NCBI GenBank assembly: GCA_017623315.1
Contig: JAGAPJ010000012.1
Location: 1-54,658 of the forward strand
Direction: 5' to 3'
DNA length: 54,658 bases
DNA from: Clostridia bacterium
GTDB taxonomy: Bacteria > Bacillota > Clostridia > Oscillospirales > Acutalibacteraceae
Part shown: positions 9,107 to 18,244 of the stretch, in pieces
Layout of the letters: the number at the start of each line of letters is the position of its first letter
Numbering within the stretch: position 1 is the stretch's first letter
Position numbers and translations under genes: made by a program
Notes under the pieces: generated by a model
Told to the model about the DNA's origin: nothing
Database searches by the model: none
The model's input: the letters and a program-made list of their open reading frames with translations, nothing else

Positions 9107-10321
9107 TTAAATTTTTTCTAGCAATTTGTTCATAATGCTTGGTCCATGTTCCACAAAATTGCCTGTGCTTTCGGCAAATTTTTCGGTTAATTTTTCAACG
9201 CCATTTACTTCTTTGCGGCTGTCGTAAATTAAATAGGGAACAGGGGCTGATGAATGGGTCTTTGTGTTAAGTGGTGTGGGGTGGTCAGGCATAATTAAAA
9301 TTCTGAAATCATCACCACAGTTTTCAAGGTAATCAAAAACAGAAACAAACGCGCGCTGTTCAATAACCTCAATAGCCTTTACCGTATTTGCGGCTTCGCC
9401 ACGGTGACCGCATTCGTCGGGTGCTTCAAAGTGAAGGTATACTAAATCACAGCCGTTTTTGAAAGCATCAATAGTTGCTTTTGCCTTGCCTTCAAAATTG
9501 GTGTCAAGGTAACCAGTCGTGCCCTCAACCTCGGGGGTTAGCATATCGGCGCAAATGCCAATGCCTTTTAAAAGGTCAACCGCACTTATAACAGCGGCTT
9601 TAACACCGTTCTTTTCATAAAAGTTTTCTAAAGCGGGCTTTCTGCCTTCACCCCAAAGCCAAATCGAATTAGCTTCGTTTAGTCCCTTTTCGCGACGCTT
9701 AAGGTTTACGGGGTGGTCCTTTAAAATGTCGTAGCTTTTCTTCATTAAATCAATAAGCGGTGCGGCATTTTCACTTTTGCTGAGGTATTCGCCAATAACA
9801 CGGCCGCTAATGTCGTGAGGGGGTGTCATTTCGCCTAAATCGGTTGTGCCGTTATCCACTACAAGACAATGTCTATAGCTTACACCGCCGTAAAATTTAT
9901 ATATTTCGTTGCCAAGCTTTTCTTCCACAGTTTTAATAATTTCATGGGCTTCCTTGGTGGAAATATCCCCCGCGCAATAGTCAACCATTGTTTTATCACA
10001 ATAGTTTTTTTCATTAGACAGGGTAACAATATTACAGCGAAGCGCAACGTCGGTTTCCTTTAAATCAACACCAATTGATGCAGCCTCCAAGGGTGAACGG
10101 CCTGTATAGCAAACCATAGGGTCATAACCCATAACCGACAAATTAGCAACGTCGCTACCGGGTTTTAAGCCGTTTGCAACCGTTTTGCACATACCTACCT
10201 CTGAAACCTTGGCAAGCTTATCTATCAAAGGCTTGTTTGCAAGCTCCATAGGGGTCTTATTTCCAAGTGACTCATACGGCGTATCAGCCATACCGTCACA
10301 AAGTAAAACTAAATATTTCAT
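9107..10321 (-). CDS. apgM: Cofactor-independent phosphoglycerate mutase, archaeal-type (ApgM family)
   Basis: 404 aa with the LLCDGMADTP N-terminus and metalloenzyme-superfamily motifs (EAPDECGH, MPDHPTP). Confidence 0.85.
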   Translation of the reverse strand: MKYLVLLCDGMADTPYESLGNKTPMELANKPLIDKLAKVSEVGMCKTVANGLKPGSDVANLSVMGYDPMVCYTGRSPLEAASIGVDLKETDVALRCNIVTLSNEKNYCDKTMVDYCAGDISTKEAHEIIKTVEEKLGNEIYKFYGGVSYRHCLVVDNGTTDLGEMTPPHDISGRVIGEYLSKSENAAPLIDLMKKSYDILKDHPVNLKRREKGLNEANSIWLWGEGRKPALENFYEKNGVKAAVISAVDLLKGIGICADMLTPEVEGTTGYLDTNFEGKAKATIDAFKNGCDLVYLHFEAPDECGHRGEAANTVKAIEVIEQRAFVSVFDYLENCGDDFRILIMPDHPTPLNTKTHSSAPVPYLIYDSRKEVNGVEKLTEKFAESTGNFVEHGPSIMNKLLEKI

Positions 10322-10444
10322 ATAAGTACCTTCTTTATGTATTATTATGGATATTATACCAATAATATATTTCTTTGTAAAGAAAAAACACTTTTCTTTT
10401 TAGCATTTTGTGGTATTATGTATTAAGAGGTAGGTGAAACCCCA

Positions 10445-12502
10445 ATGACTAACATAAAAAATGCTGAAATTTTATCCCCTGTTGGCAATAATGAAATGCT
10501 AATTGCGGCAGTTAGAAGCGGTGCCGATGCGGTTTATTTTGGCGCAAAGGATTTTTCGGCTCGCCGAAATGCCGAAAATTTTGGCAGATTTGAACTTAAT
10601 GAGGCAATAAAATACTGTCATATACGTGGGGTTAAAGCCTATTTAACCCTTAATATTTTGATTAAGGATGACGAATTTTCGGATGCGGTAGCATTAGCAC
10701 GTGATGCTTATAATTTTGGCATTGACGGGGTAATTGTGCAGGATTTGGGACTTGCAAATGTCCTCCACAAATTATTACCCCATTTACCCTTACATGCATC
10801 TACTCAAATGTCAGTTCACACTCCCGCCGCCTTATATATATTAAAGAAAATGGGCTTCAAACAGGTGGTAGCGGCACGCGAAATGTCATTTGATGATTTA
10901 AAACAGCTTTGCAAAACCGCAAACGAGCTTGATATGGTAGTTGAGGTATTCGTACACGGTGCATTGTGTATGTCGGTGTCGGGACAATGTCTTTTATCGG
11001 CATATTTAGGCTCTCGCAGCGGTAACCGTGGGCTTTGCGCGGGTCCTTGCCGTTTGCCATTTAAGGTCCAAAATGGTACAGGGTATGATTTAAGCTTAAA
11101 GGATTTATCGTTAGTTGAGCATATAGCCGACCTTTATAATATAGGTGTGCGTTCCTTTAAAATTGAGGGTAGAATGAAGCGCCCCGAATACGTTGCCGCC
11201 GCTACAAAGGCTTGTAAGGAGGCACTTTATAACGGGGTTATTGATTATGAACTTTCAAAAACCCTAGGGAACGTTTTCTCTCGTTCGGGCTTTACCGATG
11301 GTTATTTACAAAACAATCTTGGGCGCGATATGTTCGGTATTCGTACTAAGGAGGACGTGGTATCGGCAGATAAGGCTTTTCCTGTGCTTCACGAAATTTA
11401 CCGAAACGAGCGCCAGTCGGTAGCGGTTGATTTAAAATTTACAGCAAAAGCAGAAAATGAAATCGAGCTTATTTTAACCGATGGTGAAAACACTGTTTTG
11501 GTAAAAGGCTTGAAGCCTGATTTTGCCCAAAATAAAGCCGCCGATTTTAAAAGTGTGCTTAAAAATTTAAATAAATTTGGCGGTACACCATATTACCTAA
11601 ATAATGCTGAAATTGTTTTGGACGACGGTCTTTTCTTACGCGCGGGTGAGCTTAATGAGCTTAGGCGAACAGCGGTGGAATTACTGTCCGAAAAGCGTGG
11701 CGAATGTCAGCGTAAGGAGATAAACTTTATTTTCGGTAAGGACAAACCTTTTGAACGTAATTGCAAAGACCTGCAAACATATATCCGTATTGAAAATGCC
11801 GACCAATTGCCCGACGATTTAAGCGGTATTTCGGCATTAATTTTACCCCTTGAAAATGATTTCCCACAAATAGAGGGGGTTAAATGCATTGCTGAAATTC
11901 CAAGGGGAATTATCAGCGAAGCGGCAATTATAAAACGTCTTGAAATATTTAAAGAAAAAGGTGTCAGCACCGCACTTTGCGGCAATTTATCGGCTGTGAA
12001 AATTGCTAAGGACTGTGGCTTTGAGGTTATGGCGGATACTGGCCTTAACGTTTATAACAGTTATTCGGCTAATGCAGTTTCTAAAATGGGCTGTGATGCT
12101 GTGGTGTTATCAAACGAAATGCTTTTAAGTGATGCTGTGTCACTTTCTTCACCCATAAATAAAGGTATTATAAGCTACGGAAATATACCCCTTATGCTGT
12201 TTAAAAACTGTCCTATTAGAAACGGTAAAAATTGTAATGAATGTGACAAGAAAAACACTATTGTTGACCGAAAGGGAATAGAATTCCCCGTTAGGTGCCG
12301 TATGGGCTACAGCGAGCTTTTAAATTCGGTACCTGTTTGGCTTGCCGATAAGCAAAAGCAAATTAAAAATATCGATTTTCAAATTCTATATTTTACCAAT
12401 GAGGATAAAAAGCGTGTTAATGAAGTAATAAATGCATATAAAAATGCAACCGAGCCTGACTGCAAATATACACGCGGCCTGTTTTTCAGAGGAATAATTT
12501 AA
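10445..12502 (+). CDS. U32-family peptidase (collagenase-like)
   Basis: 685 aa with E.LSPVG, GADAVYFG and SFKIEGRMKRPEYV motifs. Confidence 0.9.
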   Translation: MTNIKNAEILSPVGNNEMLIAAVRSGADAVYFGAKDFSARRNAENFGRFELNEAIKYCHIRGVKAYLTLNILIKDDEFSDAVALARDAYNFGIDGVIVQDLGLANVLHKLLPHLPLHASTQMSVHTPAALYILKKMGFKQVVAAREMSFDDLKQLCKTANELDMVVEVFVHGALCMSVSGQCLLSAYLGSRSGNRGLCAGPCRLPFKVQNGTGYDLSLKDLSLVEHIADLYNIGVRSFKIEGRMKRPEYVAAATKACKEALYNGVIDYELSKTLGNVFSRSGFTDGYLQNNLGRDMFGIRTKEDVVSADKAFPVLHEIYRNERQSVAVDLKFTAKAENEIELILTDGENTVLVKGLKPDFAQNKAADFKSVLKNLNKFGGTPYYLNNAEIVLDDGLFLRAGELNELRRTAVELLSEKRGECQRKEINFIFGKDKPFERNCKDLQTYIRIENADQLPDDLSGISALILPLENDFPQIEGVKCIAEIPRGIISEAAIIKRLEIFKEKGVSTALCGNLSAVKIAKDCGFEVMADTGLNVYNSYSANAVSKMGCDAVVLSNEMLLSDAVSLSSPINKGIISYGNIPLMLFKNCPIRNGKNCNECDKKNTIVDRKGIEFPVRCRMGYSELLNSVPVWLADKQKQIKNIDFQILYFTNEDKKRVNEVINAYKNATEPDCKYTRGLFFRGII

Positions 12503-12530
12503 AAAATCCACCCGCCTGGGTGGATTTTTT
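12503..12530 (+). terminator. Rho-independent terminator
   Basis: Stem aaaatccaccc/gggtggatttt followed by a T-run. Confidence 0.9.
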
Positions 12531-12606
12531 AGTGGATGGTGAAAGGGTGTCGCTTTGCGACGGATATATTATAAAAATTTGGTAATAATATTTGCGGTGA
12601 TTTTTT

Positions 12607-13542
12607 ATGTGTACTGCAATAAGCTATAATGCCGTAGGGCATTATTTCGGAAGAAATTTAGATTTAGAGCGTGGCTATAACGAAAGGGTTGTTATCACAC
12701 CTCGAAATTACAACTTTAAAATGCGCTGTGGGGAAAGACTGCAAAAGCATTACGCTTTAATAGGTATGGCGGCGCTTGCGGGTGAATTTCCCCTTTATTT
12801 TGAAGCCGCAAACGAAAAAGGCTTATGTATGGCGGGACTTAATTTCCCAAACAATGCGGTTTACCACCCTGAAGACAGTGAAAAAATTAATATTGCACCC
12901 TTTGAATTTATCCCTTATATATTAGGTAGGTGTAAAGATGTAGCTGAAGCTGAAAAGCTATTAACTAAAATTAACCTTGTGGATATTAATTACAGCGACG
13001 AGCTTAAGCTTTCACCGCTTCATTGGCTTATAAGCGACGGTGAAAATTCCCTAACGGTTGAAAGTGTAAAGGCAGGGTTAAGGGTTTATAAAAACACCGT
13101 TGGGGTGCTGACAAATAACCCGCCGTTTTTAAAACAGCTTGAAAATTTAGAAAAATATACAAACATTTTTTTGCAAAAACAACCTAGCAATAACGGCGGC
13201 GAGGATTATAGCTTAGGGCTTGAATCACAGGGACTACCCGGCGGCTTTTTATCACAGGACAGGTTTGTGCGCGCTGTATTTGTAAAGCAAAAAGCACCCA
13301 CCGATATTAGCGGGGACGAAGCAGTTAATCAGCTTTTCCATATTTTAGGCAGCGTTGCAATGCCAAAGGGGTGTGTTTTAACCCCGATGGGTCAAAGCGA
13401 ATACACCCGTTATACCTGTTGTATGGATACTGAAAAATGGCATTATTATTACACCACTTACGATAATTGCCAAAGGATTAAAGCATCGTTTGACGATTGC
13501 GATTTAAGCGGCGAGAAAATTTATATATACGAAAATAACTAA
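12607..13542 (+). CDS. Choloylglycine hydrolase family (bile-salt hydrolase / linear amide C-N hydrolase)
   Basis: 311 aa. Has the Ntn-hydrolase MCTA start (catalytic Cys2), then GRNLD. Confidence 0.9.
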   Translation: MCTAISYNAVGHYFGRNLDLERGYNERVVITPRNYNFKMRCGERLQKHYALIGMAALAGEFPLYFEAANEKGLCMAGLNFPNNAVYHPEDSEKINIAPFEFIPYILGRCKDVAEAEKLLTKINLVDINYSDELKLSPLHWLISDGENSLTVESVKAGLRVYKNTVGVLTNNPPFLKQLENLEKYTNIFLQKQPSNNGGEDYSLGLESQGLPGGFLSQDRFVRAVFVKQKAPTDISGDEAVNQLFHILGSVAMPKGCVLTPMGQSEYTRYTCCMDTEKWHYYYTTYDNCQRIKASFDDCDLSGEKIYIYENN

Positions 13543-13555
13543 AGGTTAATATTAT

Positions 13556-13590
13556 AGAGGGATGATTGGTATATCATCCCTCTTTGATTT
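13556..13590 (+). terminator. Rho-independent terminator
   Basis: Stem agagggatgat/atcatccctct followed by ttgatttt. Confidence 0.85.
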
Positions 13591-13789
13591 TAATGAAATT
13601 ACAATCCATCTACAATGCTATATGTGCATATATAACTTGAAAATATCAGCAAAAAATGTTATATTAAATACAAGAAAATGCTTGTTGTTACTTAAAACAG
13701 GAATGTAAGTTGTGTTATAATTAATAAAAGTGTAAAAAGCTGAGAGTTTTTTAAGGTTTATGCGTCTAACAAATAAAGGCGGTGATATT

Positions 13790-14554
13790 ATGAAAAAAGT
13801 AATTTGCTTTTTAATGGTGTTTTTATTATTGTTTTCAACTATTTGCATAACAGCAACGGCCTGTGAATATGTTTCCGATAACGCTGTTACACTGCGTGCG
13901 GGCGGAGGAGGCTCTAGCGGCGGTGGTTCTGGTTCGGGCGGAAGCTCGGGTGGAAGTCATCGCAATGGCTCGAATGGGGAAAGTAGTATTTTGGGCAATA
14001 TTTTAAATTTTATTTTAATGCCGTTTGTATTGTTTTCTTCGTCAATTGCTTTTTATGCACAACTAACCAAGCGTGCACGAAGGTCTAAAAAGCTTATGAA
14101 GCAAATGCTGCAAAGCGATAGTGCGTGGAAATTTAAGGATATATCTGAAACGGTTAACGACAGCTTTTACGCTATTCAAACTGCTTGGACAAATATGGAT
14201 ATGACACCCGCAAAAATATATATGTCAGGTGAGCTTTTGGACAGCTTTCAAACAAAACTTAATTGGATGACCTACCGGAACCAAAAAAACGTTTTGGAAA
14301 AAATTGAGCTTTTATCGGCACTGCCTGTTGCAGTGTATGATGATAAAGATAATTCGCGTGATTTTATTTGGTTTTACATAAAGGGCAAAATGGTGGATTA
14401 TACCATTGATACTATCACACAGTTGAAGGTTGAGGGTAGTACCTCGGCAACCTCGTTTATTGAATATTGGCAATTTGTAAGGCGGGAAAATTGTTGGGTT
14501 TTAAACCAAATTTTACAAAAGGATGAAGCCGATCAAATCCCGTTTAGCGAATAA
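13790..14554 (+). CDS. Secreted/membrane protein with a Gly/Ser-rich linker and a Tim44-like C-terminal domain
   Basis: I chose the ATG at 13790, which follows aaaggcggtga. The protein has a signal peptide, a GGGGSSGGGSGSGGSSGGS tract, one TM, then a Tim44-like region (FYAIQTAWTNMD...). Confidence 0.7.
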   Translation: MKKVICFLMVFLLLFSTICITATACEYVSDNAVTLRAGGGGSSGGGSGSGGSSGGSHRNGSNGESSILGNILNFILMPFVLFSSSIAFYAQLTKRARRSKKLMKQMLQSDSAWKFKDISETVNDSFYAIQTAWTNMDMTPAKIYMSGELLDSFQTKLNWMTYRNQKNVLEKIELLSALPVAVYDDKDNSRDFIWFYIKGKMVDYTIDTITQLKVEGSTSATSFIEYWQFVRRENCWVLNQILQKDEADQIPFSE

Positions 14555-14570
14555 AAAGGAGGAATGTTTT

Positions 14571-15407
14571 GTGAAAAAGTTTAAAAAGTCGTTTTTTGTT
14601 ACAATTATATTGGTTTTGGTTTTACTTTTAAGCGGTTGCAAGGCATTGGTTGGCACCTTTGAAAATGAAAAACTTCGCGACCATACCGACGTAATGCTTA
14701 ATGCAATACTTATGAAGGATGCTGATGCAGGCTATTCACTTGTAAAGGAAGTTTGTGAACGAAGCGATTTTGACCCCTCTTTTGATAAAATGTGTGAAAT
14801 GCTTAACGGCGTTAAAGAATATAACCTAAATATGCTTTCAATATATCAAAAGGCAGGTATACAAAACGGTGAAAGCTATAAATTTGTGGATTCGGTTTAT
14901 GAAATGACCGCAAACGACAAGCGTTATATTATAAGTGTTCAGCTTGACGGTAATACCGAAAAATTACGCCTTTTTAACATTATTCCTTATGAAAAGACCA
15001 ATTATTACTATACCGGTGTTATAACCAATATGAAGGGTGCTTCAGTTATACAGTGGGGCTTTTTGCTTTCTAATCTTTTGGTGGTTGCGCTTGTTATCTT
15101 TGCGCTTATTGACTGTTGTCGACACAAAATTAAGCTTAAACCGCTTTGGATTGTTATAATTCTTTTGGGTGCGTTTTCTATTGGCACAACAATATCTGCA
15201 ACAAGCTTTCATGTGAATTTTGGCATAATCTGGTTTACTGCTTATAGCGCTTTGGTGCGTTACGGTGGCGGTCAGGTGTTATTGCGCTTTGTAATTCCGT
15301 GGGGTGCACCGCTTTATTTCATATTAAGACATTGGCTTATTAAAAAGCCTGAGGTAACACCTGTTACCGAAACGGAAGAGACTGAAAATATACAAACTGA
15401 AGAATGA
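14571..15407 (+). CDS. Lipoprotein-signal protein with a C-terminal multi-TM domain (function unknown)
   Basis: GTG at 14571 follows aaaggagg. Lipobox LLLSGC, followed by four predicted TM segments. Confidence 0.7.
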   Translation: MKKFKKSFFVTIILVLVLLLSGCKALVGTFENEKLRDHTDVMLNAILMKDADAGYSLVKEVCERSDFDPSFDKMCEMLNGVKEYNLNMLSIYQKAGIQNGESYKFVDSVYEMTANDKRYIISVQLDGNTEKLRLFNIIPYEKTNYYYTGVITNMKGASVIQWGFLLSNLLVVALVIFALIDCCRHKIKLKPLWIVIILLGAFSIGTTISATSFHVNFGIIWFTAYSALVRYGGGQVLLRFVIPWGAPLYFILRHWLIKKPEVTPVTETEETENIQTEE

Positions 15408-15410
15408 ATT

Positions 15411-15437
15411 AAACCCCAAGTCGACGACTTGGGGTTT
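15411..15437. terminator. Bidirectional terminator between convergent genes
   Basis: Stem ccccaagtcg/cgacttgggg flanked by an A-run and a T-run. Confidence 0.9.
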
Positions 15438-15450
15438 TTGTTATATAAAA

Positions 15451-16233
15451 TTATTTAATTGCTACAGCTATTTCATAGCAAATAAAAGCTGCTAAAAGGA
15501 AAACAACAAAAACAGCAAAAAAAATTAAAATATCAAAGCTTGCGGTTTTGGTGAATGGCATAAGCAATTTATATTTGCGCTTAATTTTGCCGATTTTCCA
15601 TAATTTTTTGCAAATTCTGTAAAGTACAACAAATGCGCCGAAAAGAATAACGCCTATGTATTTTAAAATTTCGAGAATAATCTTCCACGCTTTTTTGCCT
15701 TTTGTTTCTTCTAATGGGTCATCGTCCTTTTGTTCGGCTTTTTTCTTTTTATTATTTTCAAGCATTAATTTAAATGCTGAAATATCAAGAATTATAACGC
15801 CTGCAATAAGGGGAATAAGACCCCAAAAGTTTGCAAATACCAAAAGGCAAATGCCAATGGCAAGTAAAGGCCAACCAATTACGCAAAATGCAAGGTTTTT
15901 TCGAAGCTCTTTGCGTTTTTGGGCATATTTTTCAAAACCCTCGCATAAAGCGTCATAAAAAGGTGTGCCGTCCTTTTCAACTTTCTTTTCTTTGAAAGCG
16001 CGTTTTAAGCACACGTCAACAAGCGCACCGCTGTTTTCAAAGCGTTCCTTTAAAGCTTTTGCTTCATTAAAGGTTTTAGCATAAGCAATGCTGTAAGGCT
16101 TACCGTTTTCAATACGTTCTAAAATAACCTCAACGTCGCTGTCGGCAGTACCGTATGAGATTAATTCTTCCTTTACCTTTTCGGGCTTTTTGCCTAAATC
16201 CTTCAAAATAATGGCGTATAAATCCTTTGCCAT
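15451..16233 (-). CDS. Hypothetical membrane protein (soluble N-domain plus TM helices)
   Basis: 260-aa ORF with a gggggactgaaa-type RBS context and hydrophobic segments. I recognise no family. Confidence 0.6.
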   Translation of the reverse strand: MAKDLYAIILKDLGKKPEKVKEELISYGTADSDVEVILERIENGKPYSIAYAKTFNEAKALKERFENSGALVDVCLKRAFKEKKVEKDGTPFYDALCEGFEKYAQKRKELRKNLAFCVIGWPLLAIGICLLVFANFWGLIPLIAGVIILDISAFKLMLENNKKKKAEQKDDDPLEETKGKKAWKIILEILKYIGVILFGAFVVLYRICKKLWKIGKIKRKYKLLMPFTKTASFDILIFFAVFVVFLLAAFICYEIAVAIK

Positions 16234-16310
16234 TTTCAGTCCCCCTTAAAATAGGAATTTTTACATATATATTATACCAATTAATAGCATTAATTTCAAG
16301 TATTGTGTGT

Positions 16311-16330
16311 TATAATTATAATTTGAAAAC
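16311..16330. repeat. Solo copy of the element end motif (tataattataatttgaaaac)
   Basis: Matches the gataaactataatttgaaaac end of copies A and C. It abuts a terminator in the same way they do. Confidence 0.5.
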
Positions 16331-16332
16331 AA

Positions 16333-16364
16333 AAAGCAACCGTGGTATAGTTCACGGTTGCTTT
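16333..16364 (-). terminator. Rho-independent terminator
   Basis: 12-bp stem aaagcaaccgtg/cacggttgcttt followed by a T-run on the minus strand. Confidence 0.9.
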
Positions 16365-16371
16365 AAACATA

Positions 16372-17187
16372 TTATTCTTTATTTTTAAGGCGCTTTTTTG
16401 CATCTTCAATGCTTTCGCCGTCTTTTGTAAGATAATTATCAATAAATTTGTCTTCAATTTTTGTGTATCCGTCTACAACTGCTTTTTCAACTGTTTTGTA
16501 TCCGTCGACAACAGTGTTCTCAATTTTTTTATATCCGTCAGTCATAGTGTCAGCCACTTTTTGACCTGCATTTACAATTTTAGATTTTGCCATTTCGGTT
16601 TTCCTCCCTCCTATAAGATTTATTCCTAGCAAAAACACGGTAATATAAACTGCAGTACCCGTTATAATATTAAATATTGTAATGCTATTGAATGGCATAC
16701 CGTTAAATGTGGTAAGCATTGAACGCTGAAGCGCAAAAATTGACACCAGCGCATCCGCAAAGGAAATGTTGCGTAGAGTTTTAACAATGTGCGAGCTGTA
16801 TTTGCGAGACTTTACAAGGTTTATTATTGCAACTGTTACCTTAATAAATGCATAAAGTGCGATGGCAATCATTAAAATTTCATCGTATTTTATACCTCTG
16901 CTTTCGGAAACGGAAAGGTATGCTGTTCCTGCAAGTACTACCGAAAGTGCCAAAAACATAAAGCCGCAAAATTTTTGCGCAAAAAAGGCAAGATTTTTAT
17001 CGGTTTGGGCTTTGGCACGTATTTTTAAAACCGCAAGTCGCATTACACTTAGCACAACATAATAAGCGGCAAGGGTTAAAAACCACCACGAAGGCAGCCA
17101 AATACCTAATATGGTGTTATAAATGCAATAAGCGGTATTCACCATCAAACTTAATAGCGCGGGGGTGAAAATTTTTTCAAATTTCAT
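16372..17187 (-). CDS. Hypothetical multi-TM protein with a C-terminal 11-aa tandem repeat
   Basis: 271 aa. The tail reads DGYKKIENTVV DGYKTVEKAVV DGYTKIEDKFI DNY. Confidence 0.65.
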   Translation of the reverse strand: MKFEKIFTPALLSLMVNTAYCIYNTILGIWLPSWWFLTLAAYYVVLSVMRLAVLKIRAKAQTDKNLAFFAQKFCGFMFLALSVVLAGTAYLSVSESRGIKYDEILMIAIALYAFIKVTVAIINLVKSRKYSSHIVKTLRNISFADALVSIFALQRSMLTTFNGMPFNSITIFNIITGTAVYITVFLLGINLIGGRKTEMAKSKIVNAGQKVADTMTDGYKKIENTVVDGYKTVEKAVVDGYTKIEDKFIDNYLTKDGESIEDAKKRLKNKE

Positions 17188-17552
17188 TTTATGCCTTTAA
17201 TTATAGGTATAAGAGATAAAAGCAAAACGATACCGACAAGACCGATAATTGTGCCGATTATGATATTTTCCCATACCATACAAAAACACATACCAATGCC
17301 TAGTACCAAAGCGCCTAAAATACCAAAAACAGCAACCAGAATGGTTTTGCCGTTAAATTTAATGGGGGCTTTATGCTCCATTTTGCGCCATATTATTAAT
17401 GTAATAAGTCCCAGCGCTAAACCTACCGTTCCAAAAATAATACCTTCTTTGAAAGAATTCCATTTGGGGAGCAGTGCCATGCACATGCCAAGTGCGAATA
17501 ATACACCGCTTACAGTGCCTAAAATCATTGCAACAAAACTGCTTTTTTTCAT
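17184..17552 (-). CDS. Small four-TM membrane protein (internally duplicated)
   Basis: 122 aa. Overlaps the downstream gene by 4 nt (operon). Confidence 0.65.
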   Translation of the reverse strand: MKKSSFVAMILGTVSGVLFALGMCMALLPKWNSFKEGIIFGTVGLALGLITLIIWRKMEHKAPIKFNGKTILVAVFGILGALVLGIGMCFCMVWENIIIGTIIGLVGIVLLLSLIPIIKGIK

Positions 17553-17643
17553 ATTTATTCTCCTTTCATTAAGCCAACAGTTGTGTTTTTAATGCTCTTA
17601 TAGTATAATGAATTTTGCGAAGAAAAAACAACCAACAGAAAAA

Positions 17644-17703
17644 AACAAGTGTTGGAATAATACAAAAAAAGGTCAACATTTTCGCAACAAGTGTTGGAAT
17701 AAT
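17644..17703 (+). promoter_or_regulatory. Two perfect 18-nt direct repeats upstream of the TetR gene
   Basis: aacaagtgttggaataat at 17644-17661 and 17686-17703, 42 nt apart. Confidence 0.5.
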
Positions 17704-17718
17704 CAAAGGTGAGAAAAA

Positions 17719-18237
17719 ATGAATACTAAAAATAATAAACGTCGACGTGATTCAATAGAGAAAATTGAAAAGACATTCGTGGTACTTTTGCAGGAAAACG
17801 ATATTGATAAAATCTCCGTTTCGGACATTTGTAAAATAACGGGTCTCAACCGAAGCACATTTTATGCCAATTATTTAGATATTTATGATTTGGCAGATAA
17901 GGTGCGCAAAAAATTGGAAGACGATTTTTCAGAACTGTTTAGCGATTATGACGCTTATAGTGAACATAGCGGTGCATTAAAGATGTTCAGACATATAAAA
18001 GATAATCAGTTGTTTTATAAAACCTATTTTAAACTTTGTTATGATGAAAGTCATCTTATATATGTTTATGATACTAGACGTGCAGAATTTGACAATATAA
18101 ACGCAAATTTAATTTATCACATTGAGTTTTTTCGCAACGGGCTTAATGCAATTATTAAACTATGGTTAAAAAATGGGTGCAAAGAAAGCCCCGAAGAAAT
18201 GGCAGAAATTTTAAAACAAGAATATAAGGGAAGATAA
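17719..18237 (+). CDS. TetR/AcrR-family transcriptional regulator
   Basis: 172 aa with N-terminal HTH ISVSDICKITGLNRSTFYANY. Confidence 0.88.
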   Translation: MNTKNNKRRRDSIEKIEKTFVVLLQENDIDKISVSDICKITGLNRSTFYANYLDIYDLADKVRKKLEDDFSELFSDYDAYSEHSGALKMFRHIKDNQLFYKTYFKLCYDESHLIYVYDTRRAEFDNINANLIYHIEFFRNGLNAIIKLWLKNGCKESPEEMAEILKQEYKGR

Positions 18238-18244
18238 ATTTTAC

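Noticed and set aside
10385-10410. 8-bp inverted repeat aaagaaaa-aacac-ttttcttt between the divergent apgM and U32 peptidase genes.
   Set aside because: It is a short, AT-only stem in an AT-rich divergent promoter region. It is easily explained by chance, and I saw no second copy.
13618-13848. 76-aa minus-strand ORF in the spacer before the Tim44-like gene.
   Set aside because: It is AT-rich with an Asn/Ile/Phe-rich translation. It overlaps the plus-strand promoter (TTGAAA-17-TATATT at about 13637-13665) and the real gene start at 13790. It has no RBS.
13900-13965. G-rich, repeat-like DNA (ggcggaggaggctctagcggcggtggttctggttcgggcggaagc...).
   Set aside because: It is the coding sequence of a Gly/Ser linker within the Tim44-like protein. 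It is not an independent tandem repeat or a CRISPR-like array.
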